From contig CAITXU010000203.1 in the NCBI GenBank assembly GCA_903896505.1, forward strand, positions 6,659-70,658: a DNA stretch of 64,000 nucleotides, read 5' to 3'. This stretch comes from an uncultured Verrucomicrobiota bacterium. Lineage in GTDB: Bacteria; Verrucomicrobiota; Verrucomicrobiia; Limisphaerales; UBA9464. Below the pieces are notes generated by a model. It did no database searches, had not been told where the DNA came from, and saw nothing but the letters and a program-made list of their open reading frames with translations. Below are positions 36,901-47,000 of this stretch, piece after piece (position 1 is the first letter of the stretch; every line of letters begins with the position of its first letter). The position numbers and the translations under genes are program-made.

Positions 36901-36953
36901 TTGTGACGCGACACGGGCAGGGGACCCGTGTTACTGTCACCGTTCCGCTCTAA
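33924..36953 (+). CDS. Sensor histidine kinase with periplasmic two-component-regulator propeller + YYY domain (HisKA_3/NarX-LiaS type)
   Basis: TTG start directly after an in-frame stop, then a signal/TM 'LLWLAAVLGFSVVV'. Repeated 'G.LW(I/F)GT..GL' propeller motifs. 'FRFQLEGYDADW...YRFRV' is YYY-like. TM 'WTFRIAAGLLPLAVVLGAY'. H-box 'RIARELHDSLGQNLL'. ATPase motifs 'VTDDGRGF' and 'GGFGLSSIQERA'. Confidence 0.92.
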   Translation: MNHCLTWIRLFLGRLLWLAAVLGFSVVVGEGVSLRDEYLLDVWQVEDGLPDNSVNAIVQTPDGYLWFGTFNGLVRFDGLRFQRMDAGVAGLGSGRVVQLFLDRQGALWIAMEYGQIARHSRGKFTVLGAENGWSGARARFFSEDEMGRLLVSSVEGGLFRFDGQRFQRLLPDETGPATYGCNLFGHLASRPLVRRKDILGTLEGEQWMPLKEPGGISPLKVSGWGMSGQGGVWMATEGRIQLLRDGHWIRDYGVQPWSTNSAVKFMQEDSQGNLWVGTWGEGLFRCPPGGAFSRHSTLDGFPNDTIRCFLEDREGNLWLGTDGAGLIRLKRRVFRSFDARHGLPPAGLTTLTQDTRSGRLQGAMKGQVFELSGEHWELLPQVPGEGPPSAVFSLLFGRSGRRWIGTYGQGVFAVDPNGWKQWTPAQGLVSADVLSLYEGRGGAIWIGTESGLSCLDGGQLVPAATHGLPSNAVRAVTEDSEGNLWIGSTGGGLSRMKAGKVTTFKRADGLPNDSIRSLLADGDGTLWIGTSGGGLAWMHDGFFSQFSIEEGLPDNEIAVILDDTLGHLWLGSNHGVFRVARDELQAVAQGGKKKLEGITYLGGDGLASAQISGGHIAGLRSQDGRLWFATSRGVSVVDPGQIRVNPLPPAVEIEEAVADGTTLYSGVRDGIEMAFIIPPGTARTEFHYTALSLTNPDRNRFRFQLEGYDADWSEASTRRVAQYSKVTPGTYRFRVLAANSDGVWNEAGAAVSVTFLPTWWQTWTFRIAAGLLPLAVVLGAYHRRVRGLNRARVQQEEFSRRLLASQEVERARIARELHDSLGQNLLVIKSRVALAQQQSHQPLKLAEQLAEAALMTTDALREVREISQNLRPFQIDELGLTKALAAMVRKLGAASPIQFQCDLAELHDTFSPEHEINFYRIAQECLNNVVKHSEANHCSISVVRSDRMVCLMVTDDGRGFSMSILPMTGVPQGGFGLSSIQERARTMSAQVEFVTRHGQGTRVTVTVPL

Positions 36954-36964
36954 ATTTAAATCCG

Positions 36965-37609
36965 ATGATTTCTGTCCTCATTGCCGATGACCATCCGATC
37001 TTTCGTAAAGGCCTCTGCGAGGTGATTGAACACGATCCATTGTTTCGGATCGTGGGCCAGGCCGGCCATGGGGAGGAGGCGTTGCGTCTGGTGATGGAAC
37101 TCCAGCCGGAGGTAGCCATCCTGGACATCAACATGCCGAAACTCAGCGGACTGCAAGTGGCGCGGACACTGAACGATCGGCAATCGGCGACAAAGCTCGT
37201 GCTGCTGACCATGCACCAGGATGAGGATCTTTTGGACGAAGCGCTGGCGCTCGGCGTATCGGCCTACGTGCTCAAAGAGAGCGCGGTGGAAGACCTCCTC
37301 GCTGCGGTGCAGGCCGTCCTGGTGGGGCAAACCTTCATCAGCCCCATCATCGCGGGCTTGCTCATGAAGCGTCGGAAGATGGGGGATGAATTGCGCCGCG
37401 AAAAGCCCGGACTCGACCGGCTCACTCCGTCCGAGCGGCGGATTCTCCGGCTCATCGCCGAGGACCGGACGACGAAGGAGATTGCTGATGCGTTGGGCGT
37501 CAGTCCGCGGACGGTGGAGACCCATCGGCAAAATATGAGCCACAAGCTTCACCTCAGTGGAAGCCACTCCTTACTAAAGTTTGCCTTCGACAACAAACAT
37601 CAGTTGTAG
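36965..37609 (+). CDS. NarL/FixJ-family response regulator (REC + LuxR HTH)
   Basis: 'MISVLIADDHPIFRKGL', phospho-acceptor context 'VAILDINMP', and HTH 'LTPSERRILRLIAEDRTTKEIADALGVSPRTVETHRQNM'. It starts 11 nt after the kinase. Confidence 0.95.
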   Translation: MISVLIADDHPIFRKGLCEVIEHDPLFRIVGQAGHGEEALRLVMELQPEVAILDINMPKLSGLQVARTLNDRQSATKLVLLTMHQDEDLLDEALALGVSAYVLKESAVEDLLAAVQAVLVGQTFISPIIAGLLMKRRKMGDELRREKPGLDRLTPSERRILRLIAEDRTTKEIADALGVSPRTVETHRQNMSHKLHLSGSHSLLKFAFDNKHQL

Positions 37610-37799
37610 GTTCTCGAAAGTCCAATCGGAGGGCGATTGAGTTGCGACCCCCGGACTCGGATGAGGAAAGAGGGCCAATGCGGCTTGCGTTCAATGGGTT
37701 CCTCGCCTGCGTGGAAACACGTAGTCATTCAGACGGACCCGTTCCTGAGTAATTGAACGGATATCCTTACTCCTAGGAAATTATCTATGCTGCAAGGCA

Positions 37800-38165
37800 T
37801 TGAATCGTTCTGGCCTCAAATTCCTCATTGTCGATGACCACGCCCCCATGCGGCGGACCCTGCGGGAATTTTTAACGATCCCGGCGGACGACGTGCGGGA
37901 GGCGGAGGATGGTACACAGGCGGAAGTGGCGTACCAGGAGCAACGTCCAGACTGGGTGATCATGGACGTGCGGATGGAGCCCGGTGGGGGATTGGCGGCG
38001 ACCCGGAATATCGTGGCCCGGTACCCTGACGCCAAGGTCATCGTCATCTCACAATTCGAGGACCCCGAACTGCGCACCAGTGCCCGCGAGGCGGGTGCGC
38101 GTGCCTTTGTGAACAAGAGCGATCTTCTTTTGCTGCTCCCGTTGATTCACTCCACTCCGGCCTGA
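37800..38165 (+). CDS. Stand-alone receiver-domain protein (CheY-like)
   Basis: 'LKFLIVDDHAPMRRTL', 'PDWVIMDVRMEP', 'KVIVISQFEDPELRTSAREAGARAFVNKS'. TTG is the first canonical start in the frame. The stop lies 1 nt before the next gene's ATG. Confidence 0.85.
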   Translation: MNRSGLKFLIVDDHAPMRRTLREFLTIPADDVREAEDGTQAEVAYQEQRPDWVIMDVRMEPGGGLAATRNIVARYPDAKVIVISQFEDPELRTSAREAGARAFVNKSDLLLLLPLIHSTPA

Positions 38166-38166
38166 A

Positions 38167-39096
38167 ATGAAAACCACCTTTGCATTCCTTGCCATGGGCT
38201 TGATCGCAGTCGTCGTGACATCATGTCGGCAAAATGGGGTGCCTTCGGAAGCCGCACTGGGTCCCGATGTGGTCGCAGTGGTTTCGGGTCGGCCCATTAC
38301 CCGTGCTGCATTGGAATCGGAACTCACTCGCAGAGGGACTGGTGCGACGAAGGAGGCCGTGCTCGGTGACCTGATCCGGCATGAGGCCACACTGGCTCAA
38401 GTCAGGGCCACTGGATTTGACCACGACCCGGCAATGGTCGATGCCGTCGAGCGGATGCTGGTGGCGCGCTATCAGGAGCGGGAGCTGGCCAACGCCGATG
38501 CGCCCGTCGTGACGGACGAGGAGATCCGTACCGCCTATATCGCCAACGCCAACCGCTACTCCACCCCGGCGGAGGTACGTGGCAGCGTGCTTTTTCTGAA
38601 GTCCAGTCCCAAAGCCACCCCGGAACGAAGGTTGGAGGTCAAAAAGCGTGCAGACCAACTCCTGGCCGATGCCATCGCGGGGGACGCCGTGACTTTTGGT
38701 CGGCTGGTGCGTGAGCACTCCGAAGACCAGCCCACACGCTACCGGGGCGGGGACACAGGCTGGCAGACTGCCAACCAGAACGCGGGCGGATGGGATGCCA
38801 CCGTTGTCAAGGCGCTTTGGGCAATCCCGAAGCCGGGTGGATACGCCCCGGTTATCGAGACTCCGGAGGGTTTCTATATCGCCCGCCTGACCGAAATCAA
38901 AGCAGCAGGCACCAAACCGCTGGCGGAGGTCAGCGAAGTCATCCGGTATCAGCTTCGCCAGGCAAAGAGGGAACAACTGACCACTGCGTTTCATGCCCGG
39001 ATGTGTGCCGGACTCGACATCCGAACCAATACCACCTCCCTGGCGGAGACGCCGGTCGTCGCCCGCGCCGATCAACAACCACCGGTGATCCCCTGA
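38167..39096 (+). CDS. SurA/PrsA-like parvulin peptidyl-prolyl isomerase lipoprotein
   Basis: Lipobox 'AVVVTSC'. N-terminal chaperone-like region, then a parvulin block 'VRGSVLFLK...FGRLVREHSEDQPTRYRGGDTGW...PVIETPEGFYIARL'. Confidence 0.8.
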   Translation: MKTTFAFLAMGLIAVVVTSCRQNGVPSEAALGPDVVAVVSGRPITRAALESELTRRGTGATKEAVLGDLIRHEATLAQVRATGFDHDPAMVDAVERMLVARYQERELANADAPVVTDEEIRTAYIANANRYSTPAEVRGSVLFLKSSPKATPERRLEVKKRADQLLADAIAGDAVTFGRLVREHSEDQPTRYRGGDTGWQTANQNAGGWDATVVKALWAIPKPGGYAPVIETPEGFYIARLTEIKAAGTKPLAEVSEVIRYQLRQAKREQLTTAFHARMCAGLDIRTNTTSLAETPVVARADQQPPVIP

Positions 39097-39123
39097 TTTT
39101 ATCCGATACATCCATTCAGAGTT

Positions 39124-40983
39124 ATGAAGATTATTGCATCCCTTCGTCGTCTGCGAAATCTGGTGCTGTGCTCAATGATCCTGTCGTGGGTCAGCCAGTT
39201 CCTCCAGGCCTCGCCGGCCACGACGCAGGTCATCACGCTCAAGCCGGGGTGGAACGCCGTTCATTTTGACGTCCTGCCGCCAAATCCCGATCTCGATGCC
39301 GTCTTCGATGGCGTCCCACTGGACAGCGTGTGGGCGTATGGAAACGGCCTTGGATCTCCCGACTTTGTGCAGGAACTCACCGAGCAGACACTGGCCAAGG
39401 CGGGTTGGTTTTCCTGGGTCCCCACGAATCGGGTGGATGCCTTTCAGAACAGCCTGTTCCAGATTCAGGTGAATCAGTCCTATCTGATCCGGTACACCGG
39501 AACCAACGCGCGAACCCTGAGTTTCGTCGGTACGCCGACGACCCGGCAGCCGAAGTGGCTCCCCGATAGCTACAATTTTCGGGGCCTGTCTGTGGACCCC
39601 GCCATTCCTCCGACCTTCCTCAAATTCTTTGGCCCATCGCCCGCCCATTATTCGGCTTCGGCGGGGCTGAATGCGATTTTCCGGCTCGACCCGTCAGGGG
39701 TCTGGCAGCGGGTGGCACCGACCGATCTGGTGCGCCGGGGTGAGGCCTACTGGATTTATTGCCGGGGTGGTTCCGACTACGTGGCCCCGTTTGTGGCCGC
39801 ACCCGAACTCGGCGACGGATTCGTGTTCAATTCCGGGACTGATGAGTTGGTCCTCAATTTTCGTAACTCAGGCACTTCGGGTGTGAACGCCACGGTGACC
39901 GATCTGGGGGCACCCACCGCCAACCCGCTGTGGTATGGCGAGCGTCAGTCCAACCTCAGCCTGCTTTGGCAGTCGCTGCCGTCGCCCTGGGTGAAGGCGG
40001 TTCCCGCCGGTACGACGGTTCCCGTGCGGATTTCCGTCCGGCGCACCGACATGAAGGCCAACCTCTTTGAGACCGTCCTCGAAGTGACGGACGGACTGGG
40101 TTCGCGGCAACTGGTGCCGATGACGGTGTTCCGTCCGGTTGCAGCCACAGCTGGGGCCAGTACCAATCGGAGAAAGATTGGGTCGGCTGACCTGGGCAAA
40201 CCGCCGTCGGCAGAAGTGTCCTCGCATGTCGGTCTTTGGGTGGGTGTGGCGACAGTGAACGCAGTCAGTGAGGCCCATTCCGGGCCACTGATCACCAATG
40301 TCGTTATGGGCTTTACCATCCAGTTGGAAACCAATGCCACCACCGGGAAGGTGACGACCAATCGGATTCCCAACTCGCTGACGAGGACCTCCCCCTCCAT
40401 GGCTCCCACACCCACCGGCAGCGAATTCAATCTCCGTCTCCTCCTCCACGTGGACGGCAATGGGCAGACCCGCCTTCTGAAACAGGTCATTGAGATGTGG
40501 CAGGACGGGACTTCCACTAACGACGTCGATGGGAATTCAGTCCTCGTGACGCCGGGGCATTATGTGCTTCTGACCGACGATTCGCTGATCGGGCAATTCA
40601 CCGGTGTGTCGGCCCGCGATGGCGTGCCGGTCGGTCGCCGATTGAGCACCGCCGGCTTTGATTTTGCCGACAATGAACTGCCCCTGGCGGGTGACTTTGC
40701 CATCGGCTCGTCGGTCGTCGGCACCAACACGATGTCGGAGACCTTTCAACGAAACCCATTTAAACATCGTTACCATCCCGATCATCAAAAGGGCTACGAC
40801 ATCACCCGGGTGATAGGGCTGCAATTCTCTGGCACACCAACCAATGCGCCGCCGGGCTACGGCGAGCGAGTGTTGGATGGCCTCTATCGCGAAACGGTCA
40901 CCGGACTTCACCGCACCAACATCGTGGTGGGCGGCACCTTTCGCCTGAACCGCATCGCCACCACCGCTGTCTTGAACCAATAA
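39124..40983 (+). CDS. Exported 619-aa protein, unknown function
   Basis: Signal peptide 'MKIIASLRRLRNLVLCSMILSWVSQFLQASPA'. 'ITLKPGWNAVHF' beta-rich N-terminus. C-terminal His-rich motif 'NPFKHRYHPDHQKGYD'. No family recognised. Confidence 0.85.
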   Translation: MKIIASLRRLRNLVLCSMILSWVSQFLQASPATTQVITLKPGWNAVHFDVLPPNPDLDAVFDGVPLDSVWAYGNGLGSPDFVQELTEQTLAKAGWFSWVPTNRVDAFQNSLFQIQVNQSYLIRYTGTNARTLSFVGTPTTRQPKWLPDSYNFRGLSVDPAIPPTFLKFFGPSPAHYSASAGLNAIFRLDPSGVWQRVAPTDLVRRGEAYWIYCRGGSDYVAPFVAAPELGDGFVFNSGTDELVLNFRNSGTSGVNATVTDLGAPTANPLWYGERQSNLSLLWQSLPSPWVKAVPAGTTVPVRISVRRTDMKANLFETVLEVTDGLGSRQLVPMTVFRPVAATAGASTNRRKIGSADLGKPPSAEVSSHVGLWVGVATVNAVSEAHSGPLITNVVMGFTIQLETNATTGKVTTNRIPNSLTRTSPSMAPTPTGSEFNLRLLLHVDGNGQTRLLKQVIEMWQDGTSTNDVDGNSVLVTPGHYVLLTDDSLIGQFTGVSARDGVPVGRRLSTAGFDFADNELPLAGDFAIGSSVVGTNTMSETFQRNPFKHRYHPDHQKGYDITRVIGLQFSGTPTNAPPGYGERVLDGLYRETVTGLHRTNIVVGGTFRLNRIATTAVLNQ

Positions 40984-41001
40984 GCCCCTGAGGAATCCGC
41001 C

Positions 41002-44000
41002 ATGAATCTACGTTTAATCTCCTCCGAATTGCGTTCAGTCCGGGACCCATTCCGACCTGCCATCCAGGCCAGCAGTCGATGGATTCGTCTCCTCCTGCTA
41101 TTGGTCGCGGGTTGGCTCTCAGTTGAAAACAGCTACGGCGTGAATAACCCGCCGATCGTCGGACCCGGCACCGCTCTTGTCCTCAATGGCACCAATCAAT
41201 TCATTGACGTGCCGGATGGTGTCTGGTTCGGCGAAGCATTCACCGTGGAAGGCTGGGTGTACCTCAAATCCAATAAGCCATATGCTCCCCTGTTCGATTT
41301 TGGCAACGGCCCGCAACTCGACAATGTGATCGGAGCCCTGAGTCTATTTGATACCGGAAGACCGGTCTTTCAGATTGTGACAACGAATGGAACCGAGAAT
41401 CGGCTGTTCTCGTCTCAGCCCATTCCGCTCAACACATGGACACATCTGGCGTTCGTCCGCGACTCCACAAGTCTGGGACACATCTACATCAACGGGGTTG
41501 AAACGGCCAATGGTAAAATGATTGCCCCACGGGGTGTGAATCGGACGAACAATTATTTTGGCCGCGGAAGCACGGAGTCGGCTAATTTTCCATCCTTCAA
41601 TTTTACCGATGCCAGTTTTGCCGACCTCCGCATCTGGTCTGAAGCGCGCACGCCGACGCAGCTGCTGGCCAACCGGGCGGTCAGTCTCTCCCCCAAAACA
41701 CCCAACCTGCAATTGAATTATCGATTCAATGAAGGATCGGGAACAGTCGTGAACGATCTGGCCAACTCCACGGCCAACCCCAATCAGTCCGGTGCGCAGA
41801 ATGGCACCGTGCCTCCAGGCACGGTCTTTCTCGGTCCCCTCTTTGTTCCGGGCAATACCATTCAACTGGATCGCGCCAAGAATCAGAAAGTAGTGATCCC
41901 GAACTTTGGGACCACCGCGTGGTTCAACGGCGGAGTACAGGCGGTGACGATTGAGTTCTGGCAGCGGACCGACGCGCAGACCAACCAGAGCAGTTTCATG
42001 CTGGTGAACGACGTCCAAACCGACCGGATCAATGCCCACGTTCCATGGGGCGACGGCTCGATCATTTGGGACTGGGGAAATATCCTGGCCGGTGGCCGAC
42101 TCGCCTATACCCCTCCGGTATCGCCGGTGGGGCAGTGGACCCACTTTGCGTTCGTTGCCGATTTTGGACCCTTTGAGATGAAAATCTATCGCAACGGGGT
42201 GCTGGAGGCTTCCAAGACCGGCATGAGTCAGTTTACACCGCGGGCGGGAAATCTGGAGATCACGCCCGGTGGGCGGATGGCCGATTTCCGCATCTGGAAC
42301 GTCCAACGGACCGCCGATCAGATTGCCAACAGCAGGTTCACTCCGGTACCTACGAATAGCCCCGGCCTGATGCTCAATCTGCGTTTTACCGAGACCTCGG
42401 GTACGACCATCACCGACTACGCAGCCGCCGACGGTGCCCAGAACGGAACTGTCACCAACGGGGCCACCTTCAACCCGGGACCGATTGCAGACTCACTCGA
42501 GGGTTTGGTCAGTCAATGGGTGGTGCCCGCACGGGAGGACAATTCCCAACTGATCAACCTGCCGGCAGCGGATGTGGATTCAGCGCTGACCTATACTGCG
42601 GCTACCGCTCAAAACGGGACTCTGTCGCAGCTCGCGGGTAGTGATTTTCTCTATGTGCCCAACCCAAACTTCGCAGGAAGCGACCTGATTCGCTACACGG
42701 TCAGCGATGGCACTGTTTCGCGCAGCGGCGCGGTCAATGTGAACGTGGCATCGGCCAATGATCCGCCGGTTGTGGGTCCGGGTACCTCGCTTGCCTTCGA
42801 TGGGGTGAATGACCAGGTGACGTTGGGAACCACCGGATCGCTGAGTGGTACGTTCACTGTGGAGGCCTGGGTACGTCCTGAGGATTCGACCAAGCCGATC
42901 TGCCTGTTTGGCTCCCGCGCACCCCAAGACTATGGCTTCGATCTTAAATTTGTGGGCGGCAATAAGATTCACGCTGACATTGGTGATGGCACCCGGTGGC
43001 TGAAAACGGATGCTGATGCTGCTTTCAATTACTCGGTAGGCACTTGGTATCATATCGCTTACGTCGTTTCTCCGAACAATTACACCGTCTACGTGAATGG
43101 AAAGCAGGTTGGCTCGGGCAACTATTTGGGTAATGGCCTGCTCTATGATGGTAATCATGTACTCAGGCTGGGTGCCAGCGATGGATCACAGGAATTCATG
43201 AAAGGTCGCCTGGCCGATGTGCGGATCTGGAATACCGCCCGAACGGCGGACCAGATTGCCAACAATTTGAGCCCGGGCCTTTTGAATAATAGTTCCGGCT
43301 TGGTCGCGGATTACCGGTTGAACGAAGGCACTGGGCTGACGGCCTTTGATTCTGCGACCAATGACGGGGCGCAGAATGGGACGCTCAATAACGGCCCTAC
43401 ATGGCAGCCGGCCGACGGCCCGGCCAACGCTATTGCACTCAATGGAAGCAGCCAGTACGCCCAGGTTGGAGATAGTCCACAGGTCAGCATCACCGGGCCC
43501 ATCACCGCCGAGGCCTGGATATATCCCAACACCGTGGTCGATTTGGACTCGGATTGGAGCATGGCCATCCTGGAAAAATTCGGACCGGGCAAAAGTGTCA
43601 GTGGCGAAGTGGGCTACGGAATGAGAATGCAGGCGTCTTCGGAATCAGCCACGGATGCCGTTTGGAGACTGCAGGCCACTTTTCGTGGGGAAAATCTCGA
43701 CGGCGGCAGCATCGTGAGTCGTACGATTATTCAACCTAGAACCTGGACCCATGTCGCGATGCGCTGTGACGGCACGCTCTTGCAAGTCTTCGTCAACGGC
43801 GTGCTCGACGGCACCGCGTTGGTCGCCGGCTTTCCGGGTGACGGTGCCACTCCCCTGTACATTGGGGCGGACAAAACCGGATCGTCAGGACGGTTTAATG
43901 GCCGCCTCGGAGATATCCGCCTTTGGAATGTGGCCCGGACCGACGGAGAGATAGGGAACTTCCGGGGCGGAGTGCCGCCGACGACGCCCGGACTGGTCCT

Positions 44001-47000
44001 CAACTACACGTTCACCGAAGGGTCCGGCAGTATCCTGAACGATGCGGCGACTGCCGACGGTTCGCAAAATGCCTCGTTGATCGACCTACCGACCTGGCCG
44101 GGACCTGAGCCCCGCCTGGACACTCTTCAGGTGGCCAAATACACCGAGGATACCCCCCTTCAACTGACACTTCCAGCCTTCGACATCGATAGTGCTTCAT
44201 TGACCTATAGGATCCCTACGAATGTCACCGCCAAAGGCGGGAACGTCACGCTGTCCGGCAATGTCGTCACCTATGCGCCGGCACCCAACTACAACGGACC
44301 CGATTCGATTTCGTACACGGTGAACGACGGAACAACCACGCTCCCGGGTACGCTCTACCTTCAAGGTATTCCGGTGGAAGATGGACCGACTTTGGACCCC
44401 GTTGCGGATCAGCTCAAGAGCGAAGGGGCATTGAGAGATCAGATTACAGTCCACCTGACCGACGGCGATCCCGAGCGGACCCAGGAAATGACTGTGACGG
44501 CCACATCGAGTAATACCAACCTGATTCGCAATCCCATCGTCAATTATTCGAGTCCGGCAACCAACGCCACGCTTTCGTACAAACCACGCCCGGGGATCAG
44601 TGGCACTACCACGATCACGGTGGTGGTCACCGAGGTGGCTTCCAGGCTCAGCGTCACCAATCAATTCAATATTGTCGTTGCTGCCGTGGATGATCCGCCC
44701 AACGTCGGCCCGGCGACGGCGCTCAGCTTCAATGGGGCCAATAACGTCAGCATCCCCGGCATTAGCCCCAGCCTGCCGCTCGACGAAGTCACCATCGAGT
44801 TCTGGCAGTACGCAAGCGCCGCCGCAACCAACTCTCAGGCGTCCTTTCAATTGGTGCCCGACGACAGCAGCAACCGGCTGGGCGTCCTGGTTCCCGCATC
44901 AGACAACCGGGTGTACTGGGACTTTGGTGACATCACCTCGGGCGGACGTCTGGCTTATACGCCGCCGGCATCCATCCTGGGCAGTTGGCAGCACTTTGCC
45001 TTCGTGGCAAGCCGTTCGGGGAATTACATGAAGATTTTCAGAAATGGTATCGAAGAAGCCACCAAGCCAGGCATCTCGACCCTCAAGCCCGTTTCCAGAG
45101 CGCTGCAGTTGGGGCTCTTCTCCGGCAAGATCGCGGATTTTCGAATCTGGAACGTGGCTCGCGTCGGGGATGAAATCCAGTCGACGTTGCACGCGTCATT
45201 GGCCAATGACACTCCGGGCCTCGTGGCCTATTATCGCTTCAACCAGAAGCCAACCGGCACCCTTGTCGATTTTGCCTCATCCTCTGCGCAGGCTGGCTCT
45301 CAGGACGGCGTGCTGATTGCCGACAGCGATGAAAATGATCCCATCTGGCAAACCTCCACCGATGCACAACGCTGGCAAACTTCGGATGCGGCTTTGCAAG
45401 CCCTGCAAGTGGTCACCGTATCCGACGGTTCGACCAATTCGCTGTTCCTCCCCGCGTGGGATGCTGAGAACGGCCTCGCTCTGAGCTGGCAGGGTGCCAG
45501 CGCCAGCACCGGTGCCGTCACACAGATCGGCGGCGGTCTGTTTAGCTACCTGGCACCCGTCGGATTTACCGGGCCTGCGACCATCAACTACAGCGTCAAA
45601 GATTCCTCCGGATCGAATGCTCCCGTCACCGGCTTTATCAACCTTCGTGTGGTGGCCGCCAGGAACGATGCCCCCACCGTCTCAGTGATTCCCAACCAGG
45701 ACGCGGAGGAAAACACCGCGCTGATCGAGATACCGTTTACGGTCGCGGATGACCAACCTCCCGCGAGCCTGACGATCATCCCCGTATTGCTGGCCAATTC
45801 GGAATTGATCCAGAGTGCCACCGTCCCCGGCGGGGGGGGCTTCCGCACGCTGAACGTCGTTCCCAAGCCGGGCGTCATCGGTACGGTTCATATCCGACTG
45901 GTGGTTCAAGACGAGGGGAATAAGAGCACCCAGACAGAATTTGACCTCCGGATTGAACCCAAGCCCGCATTCAGCGTCATCGACCTGGGCGTTCTGCCGG
46001 GTAAGTCCGCCAGCTTCGGAACTGTAATCAACGACCGGGGTGCCGTCGGCGGCTACATGACGGACACGGTGGACCTCGAAAGCAATCCGGTTGGCTTCTA
46101 TTTCAACGGTCTCGAGAACGGCGGGGTGGTATCTGATAATCCGCCCGTTCAGGTCGGGCCGAGCCCTCTCAGTTCTCCATTCCGGGTCTGGGCCATCAAC
46201 AATGCTTACACCCTGGGTGGTGGTGCCCGGTTGGGTGGCTCCACCGTTGCCTGGGTCAAAGGGGTGGAGGATGAGGTGAGCAGCAAGAGCACGCTTCCGG
46301 GCGGTGCCTACGCCGAATTTCGGGCGATCAACGATGCGGGATTCCTGATTGGGACTGGCAACACTTCCGCTGGCAAGAAGCGCGCGGTTTCCTTTTTGCC
46401 GGGAGGTGCTTCACTGACGGAACTGGGTGTGGCTCCGGCTCCCTTTAACGATCAAAGCGAGGCGTTTGGTCTCAATATCAGCAACCACATGGTCGGGGCG
46501 ATCTCGGCCAATGACGGACGTCGGCGTGCCATGCTTTACCAGAATGGGGTAATGCGACCGCTCTTCAGCGTGCCGGATGATACCAACAGCGTGGCCAATG
46601 GCATCAACGCGTTCGATCAGATCGTTGGCCAGGCATCGGTTTTCGCCGCCGGCGATTCCGCGCTGAACTTCGACGGAGTGGACGATTCGGTTACTCAGAC
46701 CAATCTGTTAAGTAATGCCAACGGAGTGGCGCTGGCGGCAGGCAACTCCGCCCACACGGTCGAGGCCTGGATTCAGGTTAATACTCTTCCTTCCGCAAAT
46801 TTCCGGCCATTGTTGCTCGGTAATCCCTCTGCGGGTGCGCATCAATGGCAGGTCAATGCCGACGGCAAGCTTTACATCGGCGTCTTCGGTGGCGACATCG
46901 CTTCATCTCCATCGCTCCCGGTCAGTCTCGGAACCTGGATGCATGTGGCGGCGGCGTACGATCCGGCCAGCTCCGCGATGTCCATCTATCTGAACGGACA

